From sequence record NC_070882.1: DNA of 64,000 nt; one strand, given 5' to 3'. The notes beneath the pieces are model-generated. The model did not search any database. It saw nothing but the letters and a program-made list of their open reading frames with translations, and was not told where the DNA came from. This document shows, in pieces, positions 10,661 through 21,338 of this stretch. The position numbers were made by a program, and so were the translations under genes. Position 1 is the first letter of the stretch. Each line of letters starts with the position of its first letter.

Positions 10661-12754
10661 ATGTCCACGTACTACAACGCTGTTCCTAAGGTTGTGTTTA
10701 ACGGGATTCGAGATCGTAGCCGTCGGGCGTTCATTCGTCCCGAGATTACTTTCGCCCAACACACTCCTCTGCTTCGTCTCTTCACTGAGACTGGCCCAAC
10801 TGAAACCACTTATGTAGGTGATTCCGAAGATGGCTTCGCGTCTATCTTTGGTCAAAGCTCTCTTGATCCACGCAGCAAGTATTTTAACCAGCAATCGCTG
10901 CTGGCGCTGAACCTGCTTGGTCAAGGTAACGGTTTCTATGTTAAACGCCTGAAACCCGAAGACGCTGGTAACCCTGCTCGAATCACTGTGGCCCTGGAAA
11001 TGGTCCAAGACATGATTCCTGCTTCTGTGACCCGTCTCAGTGGCTTTAACTATCCTGATGCTGTAACTGACACTGGTAACGGTCCGATTGCTTCTGGTAC
11101 CGATACTGTTGAAGGTTATCGTGCGCGCATCGTTCTGATTGCTGATAACCAATCCGAAGTGGGTACTCAACGGCGCCTGCCGGGTACCATGGTCTCCGGT
11201 ATGGACGGTAGTCAGTCCACTGTATATCCGCTGTTCGAACTACCCGCTTCGTTCTTCGGTCAGCCCGGTAATAACCTGGGCATGCGTATCTGGGCACCGA
11301 CTCAGCTCGATCCGGATGGCTACGATGAATTCACCGGCCAGCGCTTCAAGACTCGTCTGTATCGTGTTCAATTCGTTGAACTCATGGACGGGACAAGCAC
11401 TCCGATCATCATCAAGACCAAGACCGATGAAGACTACGTCAACGTATCGTTCGACGAAGGTGTTTGGTCGGAACAGTATGATCGTGATCTAACCATCGAT
11501 GAAGTTCTTATCGATCAGTATAACGACGACGGTATTGAGTCGGGTATGTCCCCGCTTTATAGCCCGTTCTCGCAGTGCTATGTATATCGTGACAACGTAG
11601 AACTCGTTCGCGAGATTATCTACGATGCAGAGACCCGTGTAAACCCGGCAATCAATGCACATATCGATGCACCTGGTCAGATTGACTTCCTCACTATGCT
11701 TGGTGAAGATGGTGACCCGTATCAATCCATCAAACTGGAAGGTCCGATTGAAGGTGGTGTGCTTCTAGGTAAGAACGCTACTGTCTACGCCCAAGGCGGT
11801 AAAGACGGTACCACTACCCTGGATGAATACGTCAAGCTTGTTGACATCGAGAATACCAACTTTGGTAAGCTTGGTGATCAGTACGAAAACGTTGCGCTCT
11901 ATCAATTCGGTATCCTGTACGACACCGGTCTGCCGATGGCCTCGAAATATAAGGCAATGCAAGTATTGTCTGCTCGTCGTGACGTACAGTACTTCTTCAC
12001 TACCTTTGTTGAAGGTGAGACCCGTCTTCCGACGGCATCTGAAGAAGTATCCCGTGTACAGGCTCTGATGACTCGTCTGAAGGCTTTCCCGGAAGCTACC
12101 CTGTATGGTACCCCTGTGTGCCGTGCGATGATTGTAATGCAATCTGGTAAGCTTGTTGGCGGCGGTTACAATAAGTTTGTTCCGCAGTTGCTCGACGTTG
12201 CCATGATGTGGTCGCGTTATGCTGGTGCTGGCACCGGTATCCTACGTGCAGGCGCTGAAATGGACGTTGATCCGAATAACCGTGTTACTATGGTTAAGAA
12301 ACTTAACGTTCCGTTCTTCAACGCTCGTACATCGGCTAACCTCTGGGCCAATGGTGCAACTTACTCCACTTCGTACGACCATCGTTCGAACTACTATCCG
12401 TGTCTGCGTTCGGTATATCTGGACGACACCTCGGTACTACTTAGCCCGATCACTGTGAATATCTGCTGCGTTATCATGCGTCTGATTCACAAGATCCACG
12501 CTAAGTTCTCGGGTAACGCTTTCCTGACTAAAGAACAGCTTGTTGAACGTTGCGACCAAGAGATCCTTGATCGTACTCGTGATCTGTTTGGTGGTCGTGT
12601 AGACGTGATCCCGCGTACCGAGATCACCGGTATTGATGAGAACAATGGCACCAGCTGGACTTGCACTGTGACTGTTGCGGCTAATAACCCGCGCACCACT
12701 CTGAACTTCCAACTGGAAACCGTTCGCCGCGAGAACGTTACCGAGCAGCAATAA
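10661..12754 (+). CDS. Tail sheath protein (phiKZ gp29-like)
   Basis: 697 aa; [15 protein letters not shown] start, FGILYDTG, C-terminal [11 protein letters not shown]; codon usage of a highly expressed gene. Confidence 0.9.
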   Translation: MSTYYNAVPKVVFNGIRDRSRRAFIRPEITFAQHTPLLRLFTETGPTETTYVGDSEDGFASIFGQSSLDPRSKYFNQQSLLALNLLGQGNGFYVKRLKPEDAGNPARITVALEMVQDMIPASVTRLSGFNYPDAVTDTGNGPIASGTDTVEGYRARIVLIADNQSEVGTQRRLPGTMVSGMDGSQSTVYPLFELPASFFGQPGNNLGMRIWAPTQLDPDGYDEFTGQRFKTRLYRVQFVELMDGTSTPIIIKTKTDEDYVNVSFDEGVWSEQYDRDLTIDEVLIDQYNDDGIESGMSPLYSPFSQCYVYRDNVELVREIIYDAETRVNPAINAHIDAPGQIDFLTMLGEDGDPYQSIKLEGPIEGGVLLGKNATVYAQGGKDGTTTLDEYVKLVDIENTNFGKLGDQYENVALYQFGILYDTGLPMASKYKAMQVLSARRDVQYFFTTFVEGETRLPTASEEVSRVQALMTRLKAFPEATLYGTPVCRAMIVMQSGKLVGGGYNKFVPQLLDVAMMWSRYAGAGTGILRAGAEMDVDPNNRVTMVKKLNVPFFNARTSANLWANGATYSTSYDHRSNYYPCLRSVYLDDTSVLLSPITVNICCVIMRLIHKIHAKFSGNAFLTKEQLVERCDQEILDRTRDLFGGRVDVIPRTEITGIDENNGTSWTCTVTVAANNPRTTLNFQLETVRRENVTEQQ

Positions 12755-12786
12755 GCTCGGTAACTACTCATTTTTGAGGAATCGAA

Positions 12787-13662
12787 ATGAAACGTTATAA
12801 TGACCCGATGGCTCCTCAGTCCGGCTACGGTGCAGGTGGTTCCAAGAACACCATCAACCTGGCTCAGGCTGGTACGGATGTCTTTCGTCCTGATCTGGCT
12901 AACCTTGCGAGTAACACTCCTTACGTTAGCCGGAACCTCGTCCCGTTCCTTCTGGAAGCTCCACGCTTCTTCCAATACGCTAGCAATAGCCGGCAACTAG
13001 TTCGTTCGCTTAAAGCCCTGGTAGAGAACCATGTTCGTACTATCGATGGTCTACAGCAGACTGTAACTGTTGATACCGCAGAAGCTCCTTGGGGTGGTTC
13101 TGGTGAAGCCATCCAGGCTGCCACCAACGTTACCCGTGCTCGTTCGACTCCGTCGTTGGGTTGCTGGGAACTGCAAGGTCGTGCTATCCAGCGTTACCTG
13201 AAGTGGTGGATCACCTACGGTATCGGTGACGAGAATACCAAGATCCCGCGTATCGTTGCAGAAGGTAACGTTCCGCCGGAGAAATACGATGCTACCTTCT
13301 ACGGTGCCACGATTCTATTCGTTGAACCAGACCCGACTTTCCAAGACGTTGTTAGCGCATATCTCTGCACCAACATGTTCCCGCTGTCGACTGGTCAATG
13401 GGAGAGCCGTAAAGACGCCGCTCAGATCGGCCAGAACCTTGACCTCAGTATTGAGTTCTCGGCGATGACTGACGTATCTGAAGGTGTTACCATGTATGCT
13501 CGTCAACTGTTCCGTACACTGAACATTAAAGGGATGAACCCGAACGAACAACGTGGTTGGATTGAATCCATCTCTGCTGACGTACGTGCTGCCAACATTG
13601 GTCTGCGTGATCAGCTGGAGAAATCCGCTACTAACCGTGTAACCTACGATGGTGCTGACTAA
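12787..13662 (+). CDS. Tail tube protein (phiKZ gp30-like)
   Basis: 291 aa directly after the sheath gene; myovirus sheath-tube order. Confidence 0.85.
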   Translation: MKRYNDPMAPQSGYGAGGSKNTINLAQAGTDVFRPDLANLASNTPYVSRNLVPFLLEAPRFFQYASNSRQLVRSLKALVENHVRTIDGLQQTVTVDTAEAPWGGSGEAIQAATNVTRARSTPSLGCWELQGRAIQRYLKWWITYGIGDENTKIPRIVAEGNVPPEKYDATFYGATILFVEPDPTFQDVVSAYLCTNMFPLSTGQWESRKDAAQIGQNLDLSIEFSAMTDVSEGVTMYARQLFRTLNIKGMNPNEQRGWIESISADVRAANIGLRDQLEKSATNRVTYDGAD

Positions 13663-13874
13663 TGGCTAATCCCCTTAAGCTAGATGATGCTTCGACGCAA
13701 ACTCCCGCTCAAGGGGGTTCCGTTGAAAGGTACAACGATTTGATCTCTGCTGATGTCGCTGCTGAAGATAATGGTCTTTGGCATCGTATTAATCGAGTAG
13801 CTGCTTCTGTAGCTACCGATGCAGATAACATCGCTCGTGGTTTACCCGTAGAAGCAAACGCACAGTACGCTTGA
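13662..13874 (+). CDS. Hypothetical protein, coupled to tail tube
   Basis: TAATG overlap with the tube stop; 70 aa. Confidence 0.6.
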   Translation: MANPLKLDDASTQTPAQGGSVERYNDLISADVAAEDNGLWHRINRVAASVATDADNIARGLPVEANAQYA

Positions 13875-13880
13875 TATATG

Positions 13881-13906
13881 GCCCAGCTTCGGCTGGGCTT
13901 TATGTC
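13881..13906 (+). terminator. Intrinsic terminator
   Basis: GCCCAGC-ttcg-GCTGGGC-TTTATGTC. Confidence 0.8.
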
Positions 13907-13933
13907 GGCTTGTATTTAAATATATTAAAAACC

Positions 13934-13941
13934 TATATTAC
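13934..13941 (+). promoter_or_regulatory. phiKZ-type early promoter
   Basis: TATATTAC with AT-rich upstream sequence, 35 nt before ATG 13977. Confidence 0.8.
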
Positions 13942-13976
13942 AAATGTGAATTCAATACCACAATAGGGATCTACAA

Positions 13977-14336
13977 ATGCACCTCAATAAAGAACTTCTC
14001 AAAGAACTGTTCACTGTTATCGAAGACAATATGCGCACCAAAGGTGAGTACTTCGATAAACAAGTCCGTATCAGTACCTTCGGTGAACTGGAGATTCGTA
14101 CCTTCGCCGGATCGTTCATCTTCTACAAAGCTGGTACCTCTGAACAGTATGCCATGTTCAGCGTGGAGTTCGATGCTACTGGCAAGATCATTCGTTTCAT
14201 TGCACCAGCGCTGCTGCGTGCCACTATCTACTGGGATATGGTAGAAGACGAGAACTCAGAACCAGAATACCGTAAGGTCGATATCGAAGAGATGTTGATC
14301 AACGCTGTAACCAACCATTTCAAAACCGCTAAGTAA
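13977..14336 (+). CDS. Early hypothetical protein
   Basis: 119 aa with RBS. Confidence 0.75.
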   Translation: MHLNKELLKELFTVIEDNMRTKGEYFDKQVRISTFGELEIRTFAGSFIFYKAGTSEQYAMFSVEFDATGKIIRFIAPALLRATIYWDMVEDENSEPEYRKVDIEEMLINAVTNHFKTAK

Positions 14337-14347
14337 GGAACATCGAA

Positions 14348-14713
14348 ATGCGTAAACTGTTCATCGCTGTGGTATCCACTATTGCATTACAAGTCGCTGT
14401 CGCTGATCCGTTCAATCCGGTAGAATACGATGCCCAACTCTACGCTGAAATGGTAGATAGTTCTGATCTGATCTACTGTAACAAAGGTATCTGTAATTAT
14501 GTCGATAATGGTGACTTGTTCACCGAGTTTGACATGTCGCCACCTGATGGTTACACAATCGCTTTTCCTAAAGGCAAATACAGTGAACATGAAATCGACA
14601 AATATCGACCACTGTTAACTGAGTTTTATCAAACCCTGGTAGCACTGAAGACTGGTGACTGCACTGGTCCTCTGAGTGTGCAAACTAAACGTACCCTTAA
14701 ATGCATACGGTGA
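14348..14713 (+). CDS. Putative secreted/periplasmic protein
   Basis: Signal-peptide-like MRKLFIAVVSTIALQVAVA-DP; four Cys in the mature part. Confidence 0.7.
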   Translation: MRKLFIAVVSTIALQVAVADPFNPVEYDAQLYAEMVDSSDLIYCNKGICNYVDNGDLFTEFDMSPPDGYTIAFPKGKYSEHEIDKYRPLLTEFYQTLVALKTGDCTGPLSVQTKRTLKCIR

Positions 14714-14716
14714 GTT

Positions 14717-14920
14717 ATGGCCATAACAATTCCCTACACCCGACTGGCTTCCTTTAAGAACCTCGACAAGAATCTACGTTGGGGTCAAGCTTTCCATAGT
14801 CACATGGAACTTCACAAAATCACCAATCCGGAAGATAAGGAGTGGTGTGATAAACTATGGAATGCTGATGATCGGACTGCCGCTGATCTTCTCGCATCTG
14901 TAGTTGATTACAATAACTAA
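14717..14920 (+). CDS. Early hypothetical protein
   Basis: 67 aa in a tightly packed operon. Confidence 0.7.
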   Translation: MAITIPYTRLASFKNLDKNLRWGQAFHSHMELHKITNPEDKEWCDKLWNADDRTAADLLASVVDYNN

Positions 14921-15045
14921 TGATCGCTTTCGGTTTAGCTAGTCTGTTCTTTATTGCAATGATTTTAAATATCGGATATCTCTATTCGACAAAGCAATAT
15001 GAACATGAAAAGCTAGCTGGGTGTGACTCAGTTACATTGAAATGA
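14920..15045 (+). CDS. Small single-TM protein (not in the ORF track)
   Basis: TAATG coupling; MIAFGLASLFFIAMILNIGYLYSTKQYEHEKLAGCDSVTLK, 41 aa. Confidence 0.55.
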   Translation: MIAFGLASLFFIAMILNIGYLYSTKQYEHEKLAGCDSVTLK

Positions 15046-15140
15046 TCTAAGTGGTGGATACGCGTATTCAAAGGCGGGAGAAATACATTACTCGCTTTGT
15101 TCGTTGTAATCCTGGCAGACCACTTATTCAAGTAACACGA

Positions 15141-15174
15141 CATAAGCCCTCTCCTTCGGGAGAGGGCATTTATG
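15141..15174. terminator. Bidirectional terminator
   Basis: CATAAGCCCTCTCC-ttcg-GGAGAGGGCATTTATG followed by a T-run; between convergent genes. Confidence 0.85.
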
Positions 15175-15184
15175 TTTTTTTTCT

Positions 15185-16429
15185 TTACCTGGAATAATAA
15201 TTCCTGGTCATGGCGCGAAGAATAATGTAAAGCATGATCCCAGTACGGGTAGCTGCAATAACAGCTGGGTTCTTAATCTTCGTTGCTTCTTTCACCATTG
15301 CTTCACCGGTGTCCCGCATAAAGAGTACACGTGGATCTTCTGAACGCGAAGCCATCAGCTTAGCACGGATCTTCACGATAATACCGTTTAGGTCGGTATT
15401 ACGCTGTACAGAGGTTTTAATCGACTGCATGTAGTCAAACGCGTAGAGCAGACATTCATCAACTAGTTTCTCTAGATGACCCATTCTCGGTTGACCATAA
15501 TTTCGCGACATGTACTGTAGCGATTCCACTAGAAGCTTTGGAGGCATAGCTGCCATTGAGTTCTCAATCACACCCAACAGCTCAGGTCTAATAAAGTTCT
15601 GTTCGTTGTTAACAACACCATGCATGTAGCGAAGATAACCCGAATAACCGTTAACTTTATCTCTTAGTATTTGATCTCCATCAGTATTGACACCAATGTC
15701 AGAGGTCATAACCAATCTAGAACCAGATTGTAAAGTACGGATATAAACTTCGTAGTATTTATTGATCAATTCACGAATACGTGACTGCGTGTCAGTTACA
15801 ACGCGTTTCGACATATAGCCGTCTTTATCCTCGATCTTATCATGAAGATACGAGTAATAAATATTCGAAGTGTCGTTCGAAGAAATCCCCTCGGAACGTT
15901 CACGAATTAATTTTCCCCAACTACCAATAGCTTTAATATCAAACTTGTAGTTAAGGGCAGCAAATGTCGCTTCGGCCACTTCACGCCTAGCCGGATATTT
16001 AAATCGTCTAACCAATAGAGATGTTAGATATTTAAAATGTAGCACCATGAAAGCGCATGTAATTGCTTCTTGTTTGATATTCAACGGAATGTCATTACGT
16101 TTATTCAGTTGGATCGTAAGATAACCTGGAATATGGTTGAATGGATCAGATGCCACAATGTGTGTAGGATCGATACCTTCAGCTTTAACGAAATCGTGAC
16201 GGAGTAGATCGTCATCTACACGTAGCACGTCATCAAACCAAATCTCACGGTCAGTATCATAGAAGCGAACTTCTTGAACACCTAGAAGAACTCCACCAAA
16301 AAATGCAGAGTGATCTTCATTACGGTTCATGTAACGGACGGTGTAGTCGATGATTCGTTTGCAAAGGTCTCGGTCAAACTTGACATCTTCGAAATGCTTG
16401 TCAAGAACTTGACGAATAGTGAGAGCCAT
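15185..16429 (-). CDS. Conserved virion protein (phiKZ gp32-like)
   Basis: 414 aa; synteny after the tail tube. Confidence 0.7.
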   Translation of the reverse strand: MALTIRQVLDKHFEDVKFDRDLCKRIIDYTVRYMNRNEDHSAFFGGVLLGVQEVRFYDTDREIWFDDVLRVDDDLLRHDFVKAEGIDPTHIVASDPFNHIPGYLTIQLNKRNDIPLNIKQEAITCAFMVLHFKYLTSLLVRRFKYPARREVAEATFAALNYKFDIKAIGSWGKLIRERSEGISSNDTSNIYYSYLHDKIEDKDGYMSKRVVTDTQSRIRELINKYYEVYIRTLQSGSRLVMTSDIGVNTDGDQILRDKVNGYSGYLRYMHGVVNNEQNFIRPELLGVIENSMAAMPPKLLVESLQYMSRNYGQPRMGHLEKLVDECLLYAFDYMQSIKTSVQRNTDLNGIIVKIRAKLMASRSEDPRVLFMRDTGEAMVKEATKIKNPAVIAATRTGIMLYIILRAMTRNYYSR

Positions 16430-16481
16430 GGTTATACCTCTTTGATTAATCAGATCATTGCGCTAAAAAATATCTTAGATC

Positions 16482-16489
16482 TATATTAC
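16482..16489 (+). promoter_or_regulatory. Early promoter
   Basis: AAAAAATATCTTAGATCTATATTAC. Confidence 0.8.
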
Positions 16490-16528
16490 ATGCAAGCTAA
16501 ACATTCCGTTAAAAAGAGGTTTTGCAAT

Positions 16529-17491
16529 ATGTCCAATGTTGTTGTAAAAGAAGAAGCTGTAAAACACGAAGAACCCAAATTCACCTGGGAAAACTGGTCA
16601 GCTAAATATGTTGGTCTTGATCTGATCGAACCTGGTGTTCATGGTAATCTACTAGTCAGCGATTGGTATAACGCTGGTTATGAACAATCCCAAGTTTCTG
16701 TAAATCAATGCCCGAAGCTGAGCCAGTACATCTTCGATCTCAATACCCGTAAGATGATTGGCACTATTGGAATCGTACGTAAATACGATGGTGGTTACCA
16801 CGACCCTTACCGTAATGTTCTACGTGATGTCGATTTCACGAAAGTATCTGTGAGTAAAGAGCTGTCAATGCTTTATGGCGAGTATGCCGAAAAGAGTCCA
16901 GCTGGTAGTGAACTACTGACACTGCTGGCTAAAGTATCGGGTGAACTAACTGGTAAAGGCTACGCTCTGAATTACCTACACTCCGAGCAACAAGCAGACC
17001 GCTGTATTGATGCGAAGCCTTACGCCCGTGTGCGGATAGATTATACCGGTGACGATGTAATGGTACAACTCGATTCCACCATTGGTGAAGCCGCAAATGG
17101 TTTCGTTGATAAGTTGGCTCCCCTGTATCCTGACAATCTGTATGTTCTTGAAAACTACAGTTATTCGCATCGGCGTGTGGATGTCGTTAGTCAGGTTGGT
17201 GGCATTCTTAAACGTAAGTACACAATTTGTCATTTTGGTCATTACCCTGCAATCGACCAGCAAACGGCATTCGTTGAACCTCTTACTCAGGAGCGTATTG
17301 AACAACTGATAGTTAGTTACGGAAATCAGTCTCCTAGTGTTAATGCCAAAGAAATCATGGATACTCTCCATGCTCTCGGTGCCACTAAACTGGTATCTGT
17401 TTCTAAGTCCATTCGTCATTACGAGACTGTCATTAGTCTCCGTGCCTTTGACGATAACAAAGACGAAATAACCATCACCATTGATTTCTAA
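16529..17491 (+). CDS. Early hypothetical protein
   Basis: Start moved to ATG 16529 (GAGG RBS, downstream of the promoter); 320 aa. Confidence 0.75.
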   Translation: MSNVVVKEEAVKHEEPKFTWENWSAKYVGLDLIEPGVHGNLLVSDWYNAGYEQSQVSVNQCPKLSQYIFDLNTRKMIGTIGIVRKYDGGYHDPYRNVLRDVDFTKVSVSKELSMLYGEYAEKSPAGSELLTLLAKVSGELTGKGYALNYLHSEQQADRCIDAKPYARVRIDYTGDDVMVQLDSTIGEAANGFVDKLAPLYPDNLYVLENYSYSHRRVDVVSQVGGILKRKYTICHFGHYPAIDQQTAFVEPLTQERIEQLIVSYGNQSPSVNAKEIMDTLHALGATKLVSVSKSIRHYETVISLRAFDDNKDEITITIDF

Positions 17492-17500
17492 GGAGTTATC

Positions 17501-18127
17501 ATGTCTCAACCAACCCTGCGTAATGAAGATGTAACTTTCAAATCCCCAAGTAAGTCTGACGTTGTCGCACTGTATCTGGATGGAATGATGCGCAATGTTG
17601 GTTCCCGCTGGAAGTATGAGCAAGATGGGAACGTATTCCGTTTCTTGATTAATGGTGAGTATGCCAGTGACTGCATTGAAGTTTACGATAGTTCGACTAT
17701 CGAAATTCCCATGTCCGCGGTTGATCTAACTCCCACGGAAATTCATCGCCTTTGGTTAGGCTCTGGTAGCATGTCTACCTTTGCATTGTCTAAAGCGATG
17801 GCTGTCATCACGGATATCGAGATCACCGCAAATAGTCTTCACCAGAAGACTGCTGTTCGAGCTCGATTCAGTTATGATGAACTCTCTGAAACTCATTACA
17901 TCCAATGCCAGAACGTTCTGTTCGTTGTAAAGGCATATGTGGATGAGACATACATGATTCCGAACGAGGCTGTGTTTGCTTACATGTCAAATGTAGCTGA
18001 ACGTGAGATGGACGAGACTGATATCATCCGTCTGAAGCTGGATAAAGGTCTTCTTGTCATTGAACTTAATGGGGTTGATTTCAAAACAATGCTCTGGCCA
18101 GAAGCATTCGTTAAAGTGTTTGGATAG
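17501..18127 (+). CDS. Hypothetical protein
   Basis: AAGGAG RBS; 208 aa. Confidence 0.75.
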   Translation: MSQPTLRNEDVTFKSPSKSDVVALYLDGMMRNVGSRWKYEQDGNVFRFLINGEYASDCIEVYDSSTIEIPMSAVDLTPTEIHRLWLGSGSMSTFALSKAMAVITDIEITANSLHQKTAVRARFSYDELSETHYIQCQNVLFVVKAYVDETYMIPNEAVFAYMSNVAEREMDETDIIRLKLDKGLLVIELNGVDFKTMLWPEAFVKVFG

Positions 18128-18130
18128 TTC

Positions 18131-18517
18131 ATGTTAGAGATTGGTGAAATTCGACATGAAGTAATTGGTGAGTTCATAAAGGTCGAGAGGACACATGTTG
18201 TCCTCCCTGACTATCTTGAATCTCTTCTCGATTACGAGGGTAATATACGAACGTTGTTAACCAGTAAAGCTTTCGCTTGCACTAGGAAAGCCTATGGTAT
18301 TTGGTTTGATGGTGATTTGCGTGGTTATGCTATTCTCTATACACCGGAGATGCATTTGGACTGTCTGTATATAGCAGAGTCAGCCCAAGGTATGGGGTAT
18401 GGTGAACAGCTAGTACGATACATTCAAGCCAAGAAAGTTTTTGTACACAAAAAGAATGAAGCAGCTATAGCGCTTTATAAGAAAATTGGTTTAGTCATTG
18501 AGTTTGATGACGAATAA
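18131..18517 (+). CDS. GNAT-family acetyltransferase
   Basis: Motif A LYIAESAQGMGYG and motif B NEAAIALYKKIG. Confidence 0.85.
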   Translation: MLEIGEIRHEVIGEFIKVERTHVVLPDYLESLLDYEGNIRTLLTSKAFACTRKAYGIWFDGDLRGYAILYTPEMHLDCLYIAESAQGMGYGEQLVRYIQAKKVFVHKKNEAAIALYKKIGLVIEFDDE

Positions 18518-18625
18518 ATACTGAGATCCAGTATTTAATACAGGTTAGATTTCCCTGTTGTCTATTTTGCATGAACGTTGCAAACGTTTTTTTGCATTCC
18601 GCAAAGACAACATAAAGGTGAAATC

Positions 18626-18973
18626 ATGTACTTCGGTATTTTTGAAAATGAGCAAGATGTAATTTCTGAGTTCGGTCTGACTAATGGTGAACTTGATAAT
18701 GCTACCATTCTTTTTGCGTGGTATGAATACGAGGATTACTCGGGTAGTGCTTTCGTGCTCTTTGAGCGCGATGGTAAATACTACGAGGTCCACGGTTCAC
18801 ATTGCAGCTGCTATGGGCTCAGTCCGGGCAGTGGTGGCGATAATCAATGGGATCCTGAAGAATGTACCGTAGAGTCCCTGAAAAAGACTACTCAGAATAG
18901 CTACTACCTCCATGGGGTTCGCCCCGCTTGGGAGAAGTTTCTTGCTTCCCTGGATGAACAGGTGAAATCTTAA
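18626..18973 (+). CDS. Conserved phage protein (GSHCSCYG family)
   Basis: YEDYSGSAFVLFERDGKYYEVHGSHCSCYGL; AAGGTG RBS supports ATG 18626. Confidence 0.7.
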   Translation: MYFGIFENEQDVISEFGLTNGELDNATILFAWYEYEDYSGSAFVLFERDGKYYEVHGSHCSCYGLSPGSGGDNQWDPEECTVESLKKTTQNSYYLHGVRPAWEKFLASLDEQVKS

Positions 18974-18983
18974 CCTGGCATTG

Positions 18984-19003
18984 GCCTCTCCTTCGGGAGA
19001 GGC
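18984..19003 (+). terminator. Terminator hairpin
   Basis: GCCTCTCC-ttcg-GGAGAGGC. Confidence 0.75.
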
Positions 19004-19060
19004 TATATGTCGCCTTTTTCTTTTATCATGTGAACGCCAAATATAATTGAAGAGGTGCGT

Positions 19061-19822
19061 ATGAGTTGTTGTGCTCAGAGAGAAATCCCGGATACATCGA
19101 TTGACCTGGATGGACTAGGTAGCGATTGTGATGTTTGGGCCCATCTCAAAGACATGTTTGATTATCTCAAAGAAGAACGAGCTGGTGCCATTCCATGTGA
19201 TATGACCCGGTATAGCGTTCAACATTCTTTGGTTGATGCCATGACGTACTTATTCGTTATCACCGATCATCTGACTGGTGAAACGATTGAATACACCGTT
19301 GTAAAAGAATTTACAAAAGAAGGCCCGCAGGAAGCGTTTGAACGCGATTATCGTGAAAGAGAGCTACGGTATAACCGTGGTATCGTTCGCGCACTAGAGG
19401 ATCATTTAGAGGCCCTACAAGAAGCACATCCGGATGATGGATATAAGCTTCGGAGGACCAAAGATGGTTATCGTATTTTCCGACCAATCCAAAAAGATTT
19501 GGGTGTTGTTGTATTCAAGGTAGATTATGAAGTTGAAGATGGTCCTGTGATCATGCCTAGAATTGCATCAGCAACAGAATTTCCGGATGTCCCCGGTGAG
19601 CTTGGTAGATCTATTGAACTACTGATTAAACGTTTTAGTAAACTCGGGGTCGTGTTCGAGGAAGAAGTGAAAGACGAACACGTAAATGATTACCGTGAAG
19701 TATCGTTAACTGGACGCGCATTCCGATCTCCATGGAACCACATGAAGATTACGATCAGTTATCAAGAGATCGCGTTGGATGATGACAAACTTCGCCGTTA
19801 TCACGAATATTACACAATCTAA
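19061..19822 (+). CDS. Hypothetical protein
   Basis: GAGGTG RBS before ATG 19061. Confidence 0.7.
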   Translation: MSCCAQREIPDTSIDLDGLGSDCDVWAHLKDMFDYLKEERAGAIPCDMTRYSVQHSLVDAMTYLFVITDHLTGETIEYTVVKEFTKEGPQEAFERDYRERELRYNRGIVRALEDHLEALQEAHPDDGYKLRRTKDGYRIFRPIQKDLGVVVFKVDYEVEDGPVIMPRIASATEFPDVPGELGRSIELLIKRFSKLGVVFEEEVKDEHVNDYREVSLTGRAFRSPWNHMKITISYQEIALDDDKLRRYHEYYTI

Positions 19823-19831
19823 GGATTTAAC

Positions 19832-20137
19832 ATGACAACACAATTTGAAGTTACCTTGGAAGAAATAAAAGCCGAACTAGGTACCCCTCTAGAAATCGTT
19901 CCAATGGTCCTACATAAGCTTTTTCAACTTCCCTATGACTTACCCTATCCAAGTAAGATTCTCTTCGAAGAACAACGTCTGGAGAGCAATAAACCACGTC
20001 TACTGATCCGTAATAAAGATAGTATCGTAATTGGTATTGCTTTAGAACCTACAGTTGACAAAGCCTCTATCTTAACTTACATTAAGAAGGCTGCTCCCAC
20101 AGTAATGGATCTTCGCCCATGGGTTGAACGCGAGTAA
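19832..20137 (+). CDS. Hypothetical protein
   Basis: AAGGA RBS; 101 aa. Confidence 0.7.
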   Translation: MTTQFEVTLEEIKAELGTPLEIVPMVLHKLFQLPYDLPYPSKILFEEQRLESNKPRLLIRNKDSIVIGIALEPTVDKASILTYIKKAAPTVMDLRPWVERE

Positions 20138-20144
20138 TATAAAC

Positions 20145-20168
20145 GCCTCCCTTCGGGGAGGCTTTATG
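20145..20168 (+). terminator. Terminator hairpin
   Basis: GCCTCCC-ttcg-GGGAGGC-TTTATG. Confidence 0.8.
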
Positions 20169-20187
20169 TTGTATTTGTTTTTAAATC

Positions 20188-20195
20188 TATATTAC
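20188..20195 (+). promoter_or_regulatory. Early promoter
   Basis: TTTTTAAATCTATATTAC. Confidence 0.8.
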
Positions 20196-20229
20196 TAAAA
20201 TGATATTCAATCACTAAATAGGAGTTACG

Positions 20230-21015
20230 ATGAGCAATATTGATTTTAGTTTTAACGCAAAAGAATTAGGGCTCACCAAAAACCATCTAGACACCATCTG
20301 GTTCGATATTACAGGTAATGGCGCCTTGGATGCGTACAACATCCGTGTACAGGTGGAAAGCCACAGTGGTTGGAGTAAACCAACTGTCACGTTCGAAGGA
20401 CGAGATCGTTCTTACTTGAACGTACGTGGATTGAATTCTTCTTTCAATGAGGAATCGTACGTTGCCCATGTTAAGTCTTTGTTGCGTGACGTTTACATTG
20501 AAAAATGTGGGTGGATCGAACAACGTATTCAACGTGCGTATCGTGATGTAGTAGATGAGTTCTCTGACCGTGGCTTCTTGTCTAATACTACTGGTGTGTA
20601 CCAGGTGATTACAGACGCCTCTGATAAACCGGTTAATTTCCAGATCATGGGTTTGGTATCGTCCTATGTATTTGGTGATCTCGATGAAGAGACTGATTCT
20701 ATTCGTAAACTGGAAAACAATAATGTCTTACATTATCCGCAATGGGTTCGTCCAGAGGTTCTGCGTTTTGCGGAGGTAGCTAAACGACGGCTTGAATGGT
20801 TGACTGGTAGCAAGGGTGTCAAATCGTTCGTACACGTAATGAAAAACGATGCGAATGAATACACCCGTTCTGTTGTTATCGCAGTTGATGATGTCGAAAG
20901 TATCTATCATGGAGTTGCAGTTGGATTCATGATGCATCCTATCCGTTACTTTGATATGGATAGGCTGGCTTGGGATCCTAAGTTTGTCTCCATGATCAAG
21001 CTTAGTAATCGTTAA
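20230..21015 (+). CDS. Monocistronic early hypothetical protein
   Basis: Own promoter, AGGAG RBS and terminator; 261 aa. Confidence 0.8.
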   Translation: MSNIDFSFNAKELGLTKNHLDTIWFDITGNGALDAYNIRVQVESHSGWSKPTVTFEGRDRSYLNVRGLNSSFNEESYVAHVKSLLRDVYIEKCGWIEQRIQRAYRDVVDEFSDRGFLSNTTGVYQVITDASDKPVNFQIMGLVSSYVFGDLDEETDSIRKLENNNVLHYPQWVRPEVLRFAEVAKRRLEWLTGSKGVKSFVHVMKNDANEYTRSVVIAVDDVESIYHGVAVGFMMHPIRYFDMDRLAWDPKFVSMIKLSNR

Positions 21016-21017
21016 GG

Positions 21018-21067
21018 CATAAAGCCCTCTCCTTCGGGAGAGGGTTATTCCACTTTATTTTTTTTTT
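21018..21067 (+). terminator. Terminator (CATAAAG family) with T10 tract
   Basis: CATAAAGCCCTCTCC-ttcg-GGAGAGGGTTAT, then a T-run. Confidence 0.8.
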
Positions 21068-21330
21068 CGCGGGGCCGGCCGTGCATAAGTAACTTGTTGT
21101 TAAAGAATAGATATCTTTAATAAAGAGTATTTTCCTTATTAAATGCTTTTTCTTTAAAAGAAATTTTATATAAATAGTAATTATATGTGGGGGGACCCTT
21201 TGGGGGGGTCCCATATATAATTTCCTTATTCTTTAGTACGGGGTAGGGAAACAAAAACGACTATGTCGCAAAACTTGGAAGAGGGTGTCGTGGGGCTACA
21301 AAGCCCCATCCACCCAGTAGTAAAAATTAT
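21068..21330. other. AT-rich, palindrome-rich non-coding locus (origin-like candidate)
   Basis: Several inverted repeats, G6/G7 runs, a duplicated TTTCCTTATT, no credible ORF. Confidence 0.4.
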
Positions 21331-21338
21331 TTCAAATC

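Noticed and set aside
16310-16528. Longer N-termini offered by the ORF track (also 166, 18578, 25707, 28235, 31302, 46747, 47841)
   Set aside because: They overlap upstream genes or promoters; the downstream ATGs have better RBS or promoter context.
21002-21214. 70-aa minus-strand ORF in the non-coding locus
   Set aside because: Low-complexity translation of T/A tracts across a terminator; no RBS.
21189-21248. Possible G-quadruplex (G6, G7, G4, G3 runs)
   Set aside because: One loop is ~30 nt and the first two runs are part of a competing inverted repeat.
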